Shown piece after piece: positions 22,901 through 35,324 of a stretch of DNA of 64,000 nt. The translations under genes were made by a program, and so were the position numbers. The first letter of the stretch is position 1; the number at the start of each line of letters is the position of its first letter. The notes beneath the pieces were generated by a model. It did no database searches and was not told the DNA's origin. It was given only the letters and a program-made list of their open reading frames with translations. Source of the DNA: Diadema antillarum (lineage: Eukaryota); the NCBI RefSeq assembly GCF_040938485.1, contig NW_027271416.1, positions 124,001 to 188,000 of the forward strand, written 5' to 3'.

Positions 22901-24958
22901 ATCGAGGAGACACAACGAACTTGAAATACCCAGGCTCTGAAATCCCTACATTGTTATGCTAAGTAGTCCAAGGCAGACAAGGCTTATTTTATGAAAGCAA
23001 GAGATTGTAATGCAGAGGGGTGAAGATTTGATATTATTTTTAGCAATTTGTCTCCCTCTGTACAAAATGTATATGTCAGTAGATAACAGTAGATGACAGG
23101 GTCTGTTCTCACTGGTTCCAATTTCCAACATGTTTGCTAAAATTTTGATCAGCAGTTGCGTTCCTATACAAATAGATTTATACAGAGTGAGACAATCTAT
23201 GATAATCACAACACATCTTCACCCTTCTGCTTTGATAATCTCTTTCTTTCATCTAATACCATCTTTATTTGAACATTCACCGATGGGATGCTTCCATTAT
23301 CGATGCTCAGGATATAGCACCTTGACATTTTAGAATACTTACCTCAAGTTTGGATGACACTCCCTCTTACACCCCCCCCCCCGAAACACACACAAAAAAA
23401 AACAAGCAAATACAAATCAATTAAACAATTAACAAAAATATAAAGAATATAGTGATAAAGAATCTGCCAATTAAGCTTTTTCTTCTAACATCTAGATCCC
23501 TCCTTGCTTTAAACCTCCTCAATCGATTCTGTGATAAATAGAAGAATCATATATCAGGAGGAAAGTAACACGTGTCCCAAAAGAAAGAGAACAAGGAAGA
23601 GGAGACGGACATTGCCATAAAATTTGACAGATATAAACATCCTGAGGTGTTGTAACTCGATCAACATCAATATCTTTATTTACTCATTAATCGCAACCAT
23701 AATTTACATACAAAGTATACCAGCTGTGCTGGTGTTCCGAGAATGTTGTTGTCAAGTTAACAGCTTTGGGGGACGCAAATACATCTAAATACATCTGAAG
23801 GAAGGAAATACGCAATTAGCTCCACATTCACAACAAACGCTCTTCGAGTAATTTTGTCCCTTGTCTGTAGACACTAAACGGAGTTCATGAGATCCTTTAA
23901 ACATGAATAGCCACCTCTCCCTAGTGTTTCAGTTGTTCAAGTTATAATTATGGAAAGGAATTAGTGATTGAGCAGGCCACTGATGATAACGAAAAAGGGA
24001 ATTCCTAACGAATTGGTTTAACTTCTCTTAGTCCCCAAACTATGTATTTACATTAATTTGTGATGAAGTCCTCAGGGGCTGATTTATTTCCAGCGGAGAT
24101 AACGAGTAATATCCTTTTGAAACAGCTTTACGTGTATTGTAACAGGCTATGTCAGTTGTTCTGTTTGGAGTACTATTATCTATACAGTATTACAAACTTT
24201 AAGATACATGTAAGTTATGGAGTTAGTCATGCTGAAAAGAAGAAGAAAAAAATCGTAACAGAAATATTGCCAAACAAACAAGAGAGAATCAATTCTAAAC
24301 TTATTTGATAAGCATGCTTTATAAACTACTTGAACAAGTAACATACATGATTTTATATCGTTATGTCATGCATGCTCACCAAGTTTGCTGTACTTCCGGG
24401 TTCAGTACTTCTGTTTAGTTCCAAAGTACATTTAGGCAAGGATCGAATAGCAATCTGTTGTCTGTTCAGCACGAGGACAGGTGTAAACACCGATTAAATT
24501 GAATGTTAATTAAAGACCCAAACAATTTGCGAAGAGTTAGTTTTTGGAAAGAGATATTGCGGAGCACTGACAAAATGGTCGGGCGGTTCAGGAAAATGAC
24601 GGTATTTACCGTGACCTTTACACTGCGAACCTTTATATTTATAGAAGCGGGTTTTCCCCACATCTCACACACTATGCATCTATCTGAAAATCACAGCTCA
24701 TATCAGAATGTCGTGATGAGATGAATTTTTTTAGAGTAAGATGTAAACAAAAGCATGTTGAAGCATCACTTCGAAGAGAATATGAATGAAATAAAACAAT
24801 TTGGTTATAATATAGAAAATTCTGTCATTTTTCCTTCTGTTGTGATATTTTCAAGATCTGAGAAAAAACCCACGATCAAAGAGTTGAGATGTTTTGCTGA
24901 TGTAGAAAGATTTTAATGTTTAGATCCTAAGGAGTTTTTTTTTTTCCTTCTTTTTTTT

Positions 24959-25153
24959 TCTGTCGTCATTGAGGACCAGAGTTGCAGCTACTTTGTTTTT
25001 GGAAACGGTGTCAGGATATCTGTCGACATCGAATTCATCCTACAGTCTCTCGAGCTATCGTTCGATGAATATGGCTGGACGTCGACGACGAAGGCCTTTG
25101 GAAGGAACGGACGTCGAGACTCGAGGGAAAAGCGTGAGTAGAGAACCAGTAAT
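24959..25153 (-). pseudogene. pmar1: pmar1-like exon-1 pseudogene (copy D)
   Basis: ATG changed to ATT. Reads ...KGLRRRRPAIFIER*LERL*DEFDVDRYPDTVSKNKVAATLVLNDDR, with TAG stops at 25055-25057 and 25040-25042. The donor and exon 2 are missing. Confidence 0.85.
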
Positions 25154-28100
25154 GCGGTGTTTGATTGGGTTTTGCAAAGATTCCAGTTTGTGCAAAGATA
25201 TGATTTAACTTCGAAACAATGGATTGTTCCTGTCTGAAAGGTCGATTATTTCAGGGTTGAGTAAAACCCAGGGAAACTATATTTCGGAATGATTATCGCG
25301 TCAATGCAAATTGTGAATAAAATATGCAGTAACGGTAATACATTTATTTTCAAAATTTTGATATGGTGGTGATAGGAGACACATACCTCCATTGACTTTC
25401 CTTTGGCTATTATACATGAAATTATTGAATGGTTTAATGTCAGTCGGCTTAACTTATTCTAGAGGTGCAATTTCGACGTATTGTACAAAACATTAACAAA
25501 AAGTCCACAGTATTAGTGTACCAACTAATATTATGACGTTACCTCATCTAATTTGCATTCAACGTATCTTTGTGATCCATATCTCGGTTTCGAAAAAAAG
25601 AGAAGCTTTTAAATGACGTCGTTTACTTCATTTTGATTTGTTACATTGAAACATCTAGTGCTTACTCGTATAGGTTGACTCATTAAGGAGTGAAATGGAG
25701 ACTCTTGCTGTAAAATATGTCAAACAAGTTTCTGTTTTCACTACCGATTTGCCGCAAAGGAAAAATGAAAACGTTGTTTCTATCTTTCTTTCTATATGCA
25801 TGTGGATTGTGTGTCATCAATATCGTTTGGCAGTTTTGTCTTCTTGATCACTTTGATGTAATTAATGTATTCCCACCAGGTGTATATGTATCATAAATTA
25901 TGTTTACGTTTCTTTTCCTTTATTTTCAATTTCCCTTTACATCATTCCATTGCCTCGCAAGTTCACCAAAAATTCAAGGCCATCTCTCCCAAGAAATTTT
26001 CTGTGAAGATTACTAAATCGATCACTCATAATTTCACTCAAAGCATCACGCACAAGCACACCTATGAACATTAACCCTTACGCATACACGGGAACTCGCT
26101 TTTACACATAAATACACACACACACACACACACACTAACACACACTAACACACACTAACACACACTCACACACACACTTACACACACTTTCACACACACA
26201 TGGAGACATGGACACAAAGTTCTCAAAACGTAAAGTGATTTAATGAACTTTTGCCATGACAAAGACACATCAAAGACAAACACCGGAAAGTCGAAAATTG
26301 TCAAATGATTGAAGCATACAACAGCAACAAACATACAAATTGTTATTCGGGTAAAAAAATCAATGCTTATTATCATTTGATTAAAGTTACATCGGGTGAA
26401 ATGCTGAACCCTCGACTGTTTCACTTCTTGTAGAGATGGGAGGGGAGAGAGATACGCTGTACCGAGAGTACAAAGGAGGAGATTACAAAACGGTATACAT
26501 GTAAAGCGGTAAATGGATGATCACATTTCTCAATGTTACAATGAGGATGAATCTACTATAACGAAACACTGAAATTTCGGTTAAAAACTGTATAGAAGAA
26601 TGTAAATGCACTGTATATATATATTTGAATGTAAATCGTGTCAGCATTCATGCACAGACGTCTAACTATATAATAGTGTGATGTTCTTGTCATGTACGAG
26701 CGTAAAGCGTGCTGTACAGGACTGTACAAGAATGCCAGTTATGATAGAGAATATGAATTCTTTACTATGCCATAGTAAATTAACATGCAATGTTCTAATG
26801 ACTATATGATATTTTGTGTAATAATAGTTGGTTAACATGACCGGAACATTCTCGAAGATACATACTTTTGAAGACATATATTTTTTTTAGCTATAACAGC
26901 TCAATTACTCGGCGAAATATTACAGGCTTACAGTGCTTCCATGCCGACTTTCATTCATTTATTCATTCATTTTTCCATCTTCAACAAAAACTTGTAAAAA
27001 CGATCTTTTTTTTCACAGAAGATAAGTACGTATATGCCAACATTACAAAATATGATAAATGAAATTTATGGAAATACAATTGATAGGGTGTAAAAGAAAA
27101 GGATTAAAACATTCTGAAGTTTAGAAAATACAGACAATGGGGAGGAATGCTGAAGAAGCAATTCTTGTAGGGTGCACCCCCCCCCCCCCCAAAAAAAAGA
27201 ACCACAAAACATATTAAAACAATTATACATACATCTTGGTTACATTCAACGATTATCAATCAAACTTGGTTGCGCAATGATTATTAATCAAACCTGGTTA
27301 TACAATGATTATCAATCAAATATATTTTGATGCTATGCTACGAATGACTATCAAGGTACATGTATTTCAGTTAACTTCAAATTTTTAAGTATGGGTTACG
27401 ATATACTGCTTCTCGATCATTCCATTTGAAACTAAATGCATCACCTCAAACTCATCCGTTACAAGTGACGTCAGTAATTCAATACGTCACAAAAGGGGAA
27501 TGATCTAATGCAGACATCGTACAACAAGAAACATCTTCAGAAAGAAAATAATGTGGATGAAATAGAAAATGAAGATGAGAGAGAATTAAGGATCGATCGA
27601 AAAGGGAAAAAGAAAGATGAGACACAAAGTCATTTTGTTTGTGGCGTCACCTGTTCGAATATCTATCCCAAATGTGAAATAATTTTCTAAACCACTCTCT
27701 TCTACCCAAGCACAATGGCTTCTGGCACAAAATAACAATCATACATCTCACATCTCTAGCTATAATAACAACTGTGTATGTAGAATAATGGTGGCAGTTC
27801 CCTGACTGATAACCACAGCGTGTTTCCACGCATTAAATGTTCGGATACCACATTAATATATTACTCTCTTAAAGCTGAAGCAGAACATCACTCTTCACCC
27901 TCATACCTTAGTCCTATGGGATGTGAATTATAAAACAATGACTCAGTTATAATCTCACCCAATACATTTATTTATTGAGAAGACTTTACCCATGAATACG
28001 AACAGAACAAAATAAACGAACTCAACTACAAAATGAATTGTCCCGTTTGTCTCCTATTCGACCAAAACCGAGGTAATGCATGTCAAAAAGGACACCTAGC

Positions 28101-29656
28101 AACTAGATTATTTTAGTTATCCTGCATGGCAACGTGTACCAGACTTGACATATTCTTATAACTTATGTTGAGAAGAGGTAAACGCAGGAATAAATTGGTC
28201 AACGTAACAAAGAATAAAAAGATATGTGCGTTTGATCATATTCATTTTTACGGCCCTGCCCTGATACGTTTTCTCGGTTCCAGTTTTGCAACTCCTTAAA
28301 CCTGATACCAAGTTATTTATTTCTCTTCGCTATCACAGATTCGGCTCAAAATCATATCAATTTTTTAGGGTTACATTTAAGATTTATATGACACTGAGGG
28401 TTTTGTAGAAATTTATCAAACGAGTATTTTTTTTTCTTTTCACTGCATTGCATTACATTTCAATCATGTCTCAGGTACAAGTAGAGCTACCAAATCTCTG
28501 ATTTGTTTGTGACTTCTCATTGATGGTCAGACGTCTGATACTTAAAGTAAACAGTGATAAGACTCACAGTAATGTGCAGTTTTTAGAGTACATTAAGAAT
28601 GTTCATATTCAAACATATTTTCGTTTGCCAGAATGATATTCTGAACCTCCACTGTATAGATTACTGTCATATTAACACATTCAAACAATACTGTTCCATT
28701 CGAAGGCATGAAAATTAGTACTGAATGGTTTTTCCCGAAGCATACAACCATTAAACGGATGGATGTTTGACTTGTAATGACTTGTAATGACTAGGGATTA
28801 ACAGATGAACTGGAGGGCAATAGATTTAGCGACCTGGAAAGAGCCCGGGTGCCCGTGCATGCAGGAAAATGGCAGTCTTGGGAATGTTGGAGGATACAGT
28901 GTGCACGCATTCCTCCCCGGAAGAGGGCGCTCTTCAGTTCATGGTTCAATCTGGTGAACGGCAATCCACGTCTTGTGTCACCTCTCTAATGAATTACCCC
29001 ATTTTATAATTCGCATTTATTACTCATTACGTTATAGTAACGTATAAACCAGCCTAGGCAAAAAAAAAAAGAAAGAAGAAAACATAGAATGAAATAAAAA
29101 TAGGATAAAAATAGAACAGCACTACAGTCAGATTACTTAGTGTAAAAAAAAAAACGTTAACACCGACAAAATCCATGATTCATGGAATATTGTTGGCATT
29201 GTCAGTCAATTTTAAAAGTTTTACATTATGGAAAATTTCTGATTCCCATTCAGAGACCTACGATGCAGGGATTATGTACCCGCGTCAATACAATAATTCT
29301 CCGAAACCATTTTGGTACTTCTTGTAAATATTAGCTTTTAACTGATTCGATGTGAAGAGCATTCTCCCCCAAATAATGTGCTAATATCAAAACAAATGTT
29401 GTAACAGCATGAATCTGTTTTACTTTTGGAATATAAGAATTGTCAATCATCCATAAACTAATTCAACTTTTCGACATGATTAAGGCCATTACAAATGTAT
29501 GAATATTCATGTGAGTTGGCACGGCAATGCGTGTGCAGTCCATTATCATACATGTAAAATCCATTCATTACAATATTCTACTCACTTGAGTATCCCACCA
29601 AAGAATCTATTTTCTAACATGCTACAGCATGACAAAATCGTCTATCACATTTCACA

Positions 29657-31507
29657 TTACATTGCATCAAATATGTAAAGTCTATCCGGAGTGCAGAAAG
29701 CTATCTCACCACTCTCAAACTCTTGTAGAAAGTACCAGTTTCTTTCCTCTGGTTTTTGTATTTTGAAATCAGTGGTGATATTGCACACATGCTCCAAATT
29801 TCTTGTGTATCGGTCGATACTGACAAGCCCCTCCCCGTGCTTCACCCAGGCTACAATGACCGAATCATCTCGACACACAGCTGGGAAGGCATTCATGCCC
29901 TCCTTCTTCAAGACATTCTCCTTCTTCCCCTTACCATCAAAACACACGACAGTTGAGGAGTCTTTCAGTATCAGTTTCCCCGTGGTGTGAAAGGAGAATA
30001 ATTGCATAGGTGTATATCCATCACACATTATTTCCCTGACTGCCTTACCACCTTGTGGGGTAATTACCAGGATCTTTTGAGGTTTCCTATAACTCATGTA
30101 GATATTATCATCTCTATCCACAGTGAGACCAGCAGCAAACCCTCCTTCATCATAACTTATCGTCTCGAACGTGACGTCAAGCTTCTCCCACTGTGGAGTG
30201 TAGAGTGACATCTCGTTTTTTGTATTACGTACAACACTTCGACCATCTGACAGGAATCCTATTCTCCGGACATTGACATCCTTCAGCACGGTCTGTTGTA
30301 ACTCGCCATCAGAGGAGTAGAGATGGATTCCGCCCTTACTTGATCCCACCGCCATCTTACCGTCTGGTGCACGAGTGATACAGTTCATGCTGTTTTTGAC
30401 TGGAAGCTCTACGTCTGCTTTGACATCCCACGTATAATCTTTCAACTCTCCTAGACAAAGTTCATTGATCTTCACGAATCTATTAAATGAAATCTTCTGA
30501 GCTCCTTCTGTCACACCTCTCGGTGATTGGTCGTCAGGATCATCTCGTCCCAGAAAGCTCTTCATGTTCTCGCTCAGTGTGTCGTGTGCAAACAAGGCGT
30601 CTTTCTCTAGCGGTACCTTCACACCGTTAGTTACCAGCTCTTCCATAGCCTTCATACGACGAATTATTTGCCGATTCTCTTCCTCCATGACTTGTAATTC
30701 TTTCTCGAATTTCTCAGACAATCGTTTCACTTGACATTTCAGGACCTCTCTTCTGGCTGACAATAGTTGCATGTATTCCTCGTAGGTCTTGTCGATGTCA
30801 TCATTGAGTCTTCTCATCATGTTTGTTATTTCATTTCGTTGTGTCTCGATGAAATCGATATGATTTTCAATGGTTGCTTTCTTTGAATTTGTCCTTTCTT
30901 GTAACTCCTTGATATTTTCCATCAACTTCTCCTCGTGGATAGCTGCCTCTTCGATCTGATGCCCTGCTTGTAAGTGATTTAACATCCCGCACTTACAGCA
31001 GACGTACTCCCGACATCCGGTACAGAAACACTCTTCATCATCGTTAGGGTGTTTTTTACACTTCCGTCTTCTCTTAATCGGAACTTTCCCCGAAGCCATC
31101 TCAGTCATGGCTGCTACTGTGTGAGTGGAGAACGGTGTCCAGCCGGAATGTTTTGAGTCACATAACTTACACATATTTTTCCCAGAGTCCTGACAGTAGG
31201 ACACAGCTGGTGGCTTTTCATCCTTCTCACAAACTGTGCATGTTGGATTTTGGGTCTTTACTTCGTCCACGAGAGAATTAAGAGGAACGTTTGTTTGTAG
31301 CACACTCACATCTCCACTGGGTAGGTGCGTTCCTTTCCTGCATACAGGGCATGTTATAGCTTGTTGGTTGGACCGAGTTTGTAAGATACGTTCCAGACAG
31401 TCTTTGCAGAAGGTATGGGAACATGCCAGTGATTTGGGTTGGTTGAAAAGATCCAGACAGATAGGACACTCCAGATTCTGGCTGCTGATTTGATGAAACG
31501 TTGCCAT
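29657..31507 (-). CDS. TRIM E3 ligase copy T3, 616 aa
   Basis: Same architecture as T2 with an intact ORF; B-box1 CQDC is changed to CQDS. Confidence 0.92.
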   Translation of the reverse strand: MATFHQISSQNLECPICLDLFNQPKSLACSHTFCKDCLERILQTRSNQQAITCPVCRKGTHLPSGDVSVLQTNVPLNSLVDEVKTQNPTCTVCEKDEKPPAVSYCQDSGKNMCKLCDSKHSGWTPFSTHTVAAMTEMASGKVPIKRRRKCKKHPNDDEECFCTGCREYVCCKCGMLNHLQAGHQIEEAAIHEEKLMENIKELQERTNSKKATIENHIDFIETQRNEITNMMRRLNDDIDKTYEEYMQLLSARREVLKCQVKRLSEKFEKELQVMEEENRQIIRRMKAMEELVTNGVKVPLEKDALFAHDTLSENMKSFLGRDDPDDQSPRGVTEGAQKISFNRFVKINELCLGELKDYTWDVKADVELPVKNSMNCITRAPDGKMAVGSSKGGIHLYSSDGELQQTVLKDVNVRRIGFLSDGRSVVRNTKNEMSLYTPQWEKLDVTFETISYDEGGFAAGLTVDRDDNIYMSYRKPQKILVITPQGGKAVREIMCDGYTPMQLFSFHTTGKLILKDSSTVVCFDGKGKKENVLKKEGMNAFPAVCRDDSVIVAWVKHGEGLVSIDRYTRNLEHVCNITTDFKIQKPEERNWYFLQEFESGEIAFCTPDRLYIFDAM

Positions 31508-33482
31508 GGTGTCTGCCTGTCTGTCTGATAGCAAAGGAAACAAACAACGCTAAACACGTCGACGAGTAGGAGCGGAAATATGAAATTAGCATTTCCCAAA
31601 ATTTAAACAAAAATTAATGGAAAGTTCATGCGAAGCGTTTTTTTACAATTTATGCATTCTCTAAATCAAACGAAGTAATGAAGTTCAATAGACGTTAAAT
31701 AGACGTGTGTGAATAATGTTTATCATTCGTTTACTGTATATGCTTTATATCCGGGCTCAATAAGGTTGATTCAATGTTGGTTCATTCGAGTTGACGATAT
31801 CATAATAACTAGTTGTCCAGTGCGCCCGTCATAGGATGGTGCAACTTAGAATAAACTCAGATGTTACTTGTTAATTCTTTAAAGGAGTATATATTGTATT
31901 GGTCAAACAACAAAGAGTTGCATTACGCTACAGTCACAAAAATATAATTAGGTAATTCGAGCATTTGAGGATGGATGACTCTTTCAATGGTGAACTTGTA
32001 TATTTACAGCGTAGCCAGAATATCTTCAGCGATATTGTAAACTAAAAAAGTGTCATGTTAAAGTGAATATCAATCATTTGTCAATGAAAATGTGAGCAAA
32101 ATGATATAGATTATCATTTTGAAACGTATGTCCGTTTGGCTGTTTTTTATGTGATTTAACAAGGTGTCCTTCAAGACAAAATGCCCAAATCCTTGAGATA
32201 TAATTATTATTGATTTTTTTTCCATTTGCATAAAACGCTGGTTCGTTTGTCTTGGAAGACATGTGTAAACTTTATTCATTTACCTTATACGTCAAGCGCA
32301 GACATAGGCACATATTTCCGCCTGGGATTAAATCACATTTTACCCACCCTCAATAGGCAAAAACAAACAAACATACAAAATCGTCTTGTAAAGAAAGCTT
32401 CATAATATTCGATCAACATGTCCTTTCTAGGTTTATGTACCTGAAATGAATCTGGCCCCCAGGAGAAATGATCCTTTAGGCTGTCATGATTAGCTACCCA
32501 TATCCCTCTCTAGCTATTGTCTGTAAAGAACTCCATCTTCATGCGAGCATTCAGTGTCATTTGTAAAAACTTTGATGGGATGCTTTCATTATGAACGCCC
32601 AGGATAGCATCCTATTATTGTTAATCAAAATACACGTATACTTACCTCAATTTTGGATGAGGATACGTACGTTGCCATAAAGTTTTTAGGATATAAATGA
32701 AGAGTTTTGTTCGCAAAAACCGATAAGTCCATTTTTGAAGATTTTGAAGTACGATATCTGTCATAAAGTACAAAATAATACAAATTTTAAATGATATATT
32801 GGTCACTACATATAAAGGCACATTTTTGAAGTTATGGTCAAAAGAAGCAAACATTTTCTTATTATTCTCTTTATTTTTCTTGACCTTTAATCGCCAATTC
32901 TCCATTTGGCAAATATGGACTTATCGGTTTTTGCAAACAAACTCTTCAAATATTCCGAGGTGTATCTTTGTCCGTTAGTAGCATATTTACACGCTATCTT
33001 ACTGTGGCCATGTAGTCTGAAAGCATTACTAGCTTTGCTAATCCCTATAATTTTGGTTATCATGTTGACAACTTTAGGGGGACTAAAATGCGTAGAAATG
33101 CATTGGAGGGAAGGACATAATTACTAATAGCTACCTCTCTTGTGTTTCAGTTGTTCAAGTCTTGAAAAGAAAGTGACTTAGCAGCCCACTGATAATACAG
33201 TAAAAAGGGAGGTCCTTAAGTCGTTTGACCTGTATCAAACTCTACTCATGTCTCCTAATCCCAAAACTATCTCTGCATTAATTGGTGATAAATTCCTCAG
33301 GCGTTGATTTATTTCCAAATTAATATTTATAATCAAACAACTTGACAGCAAGAGATGACGAAAGCAGAGGGATGAAGATATGCTCTGATTTATATCACTT
33401 AATTGTTTCCCTGTGTACAACTTTATTTGTAAAGAGTGTTTAGAGCCTGTATGAGTATTTGATTAAAGTTTATCGTGACACT

Positions 33483-33660
33483 GTCGGCAATCAGGGATAG
33501 CCTGCAGTATGGTCAGGTGATGGTGGTATGGAGTATCACTGCCCGGAAGAAAGTAGATGACAGGTTCGATTCACACTGGTTCCTTACACGACATGACCAT
33601 CGTTTATTAAGATGTAGATCAGCAGATGTCATCTCACAAATATATTTGTACAGAGGGAGG
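33483..33660 (+). mobile_element. tRNA-derived SINE (same family as 22757-22900, opposite orientation)
   Basis: GGCAATCAGGGATAGCCTG...CTGCCCGGAAG...GGTTCGATTCACACTG...ATATTTGTACAGAGGGAG. Confidence 0.6.
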
Positions 33661-34591
33661 TAACTGGTGAAAGCCATAGCACAGCATTAGACCTATGATT
33701 AAGGATGTACCAGGTTTTTTCCTGTTTGGAGTACTATATCATCTATATTACTACACACTTTAACATATAGGTTGTTTGGTTAAACATGTTGAACAAAAGC
33801 AGCAAAATCATAACAGAAATGTTGACCAAACAAACAAGGGAGAATCAATTCTAAGCTTATTGAATAAACATGCATTGTTAATAAAGCTATTTGTCGCAGA
33901 CACAAGAAACATGCATGTATTTATGTCGTTATATCATGCACGCTCACCAAGGTTGCTGTACTTCCGGGTCCAATATTTCTGATTTATGTCTGGCTCCGAA
34001 GAAGGCCTACATTTTAGGCTTGGGATCACAACCTGTTGTCTGTTCAGCGAAGGCGAACACCCATGTTGAATATGCTTTTACTTTTAAGACACAAACAAAA
34101 TGCCTAGAATCATATTTTGGAAAGAGATATGCATTACGAAGCACTGGCAAAATGGTCGGAAGATTCAGGGGAATGACTGTAAGTATTTACCGTGACCTTT
34201 ACACCGCGAACTTTTATATTTTATAGAAGCGGGTTTTACCCACATCTCAAACACTATGTGTCTATCTGAAAATCACAGCTTATAACGGAATGTCGTCTTG
34301 TACAGGGAGCTGATTCTCGCGACCTTGAGCTGAGATGATTTTTTTCTTTTTAAATAAAGAGAAAGATTTAAACAGAAATCGTCATGTTAAAGGATCACTT
34401 GAACGAGAATTAATTGAGTAATACGTCAGACAATTTGGTTATTTAGATAATTCTGTCATTTACCCTTCTGTTATGATTTTTTTAATACTTGAGACAAACC
34501 ACTGTCAAAAAGCTAAGAATGTGTGCTCAAGCAGAAATTGATTGATGTTCTGATCTTATGAGTTGCTGTGTTGTTGTTGTTTTTTTCATAC

Positions 34592-34866
34592 GTGTATTCT
34601 GTCTATGTCGAGGCCGAGAGTAGCAACCAATTTCTCTCCTGAAACGATGTCGGGATATCGGTAGATATCGAGATCAGCCTTCAGTCTCTCGAGCTACCAT
34701 TCGGTAAATTTGGTTGAACGTCGACGACGAAGGCAATTTTAATACTAATAATAGTAATGATAATAATAATAATGATAATAATAATAATAGTGATAATAAT
34801 AATAATAATGATAATAACAATAGTAATAATATTGATAATAAATTCAGAGAGTGGAGAATCAACCAT
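34592..34866 (-). pseudogene. pmar1: pmar1-like exon-1 pseudogene (copy E) interrupted by an (AAT)n tract
   Basis: ATG 34866 gives MVDSPLS, then about 100 bp of (AAT)n and a frameshift, then LRRRRSTKFTEW*LERLKADLDIYRYPDIVSGEKLVATLGLDIDRIH and an intact donor GTATGA. No exon 2 follows. Confidence 0.87.
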
Positions 34867-35324
34867 GCCGGAGTTAGATTGTTTTTTTAAAGATTCCAGT
34901 GTGTGCAAAGATATGATTTAACTTCGGAACAATGGATTATTCCTCTCTGAAAGGTCAATTATTGCAGAGTTGACTATAAACCCAGGGAAACTATATTTCG
35001 GAATGATCATCGCTTCAATGCAAAATGTGAATGAACTAAGCTCTACGGTAATACAATATTAAATAATATTATTTCAAAATTTTGATGAGGTGGTGATATG
35101 AGGCACATATACCTCCACTGACCTTCCTTTGGCTATTATACATGAATTGATTGGTTTTTGCAACGAAAGAATTCTCTGATGTCAGTCAGCTAAACTTATT
35201 CCAGAGGTGCAATCAAACTTATTAAACTTATTGCTTTTCTATTCGATTTATTGTACAGCAAAAACATTAACAAAAATCCATAGTATCAATGTACCAACTA
35301 ATGGGAAATTTGTAATATTCTGAC

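Noticed and set aside
34681-34908. Poly-Ile/Leu membrane-peptide ORFs
   Set aside because: They are translations of the (AAT)n microsatellite.
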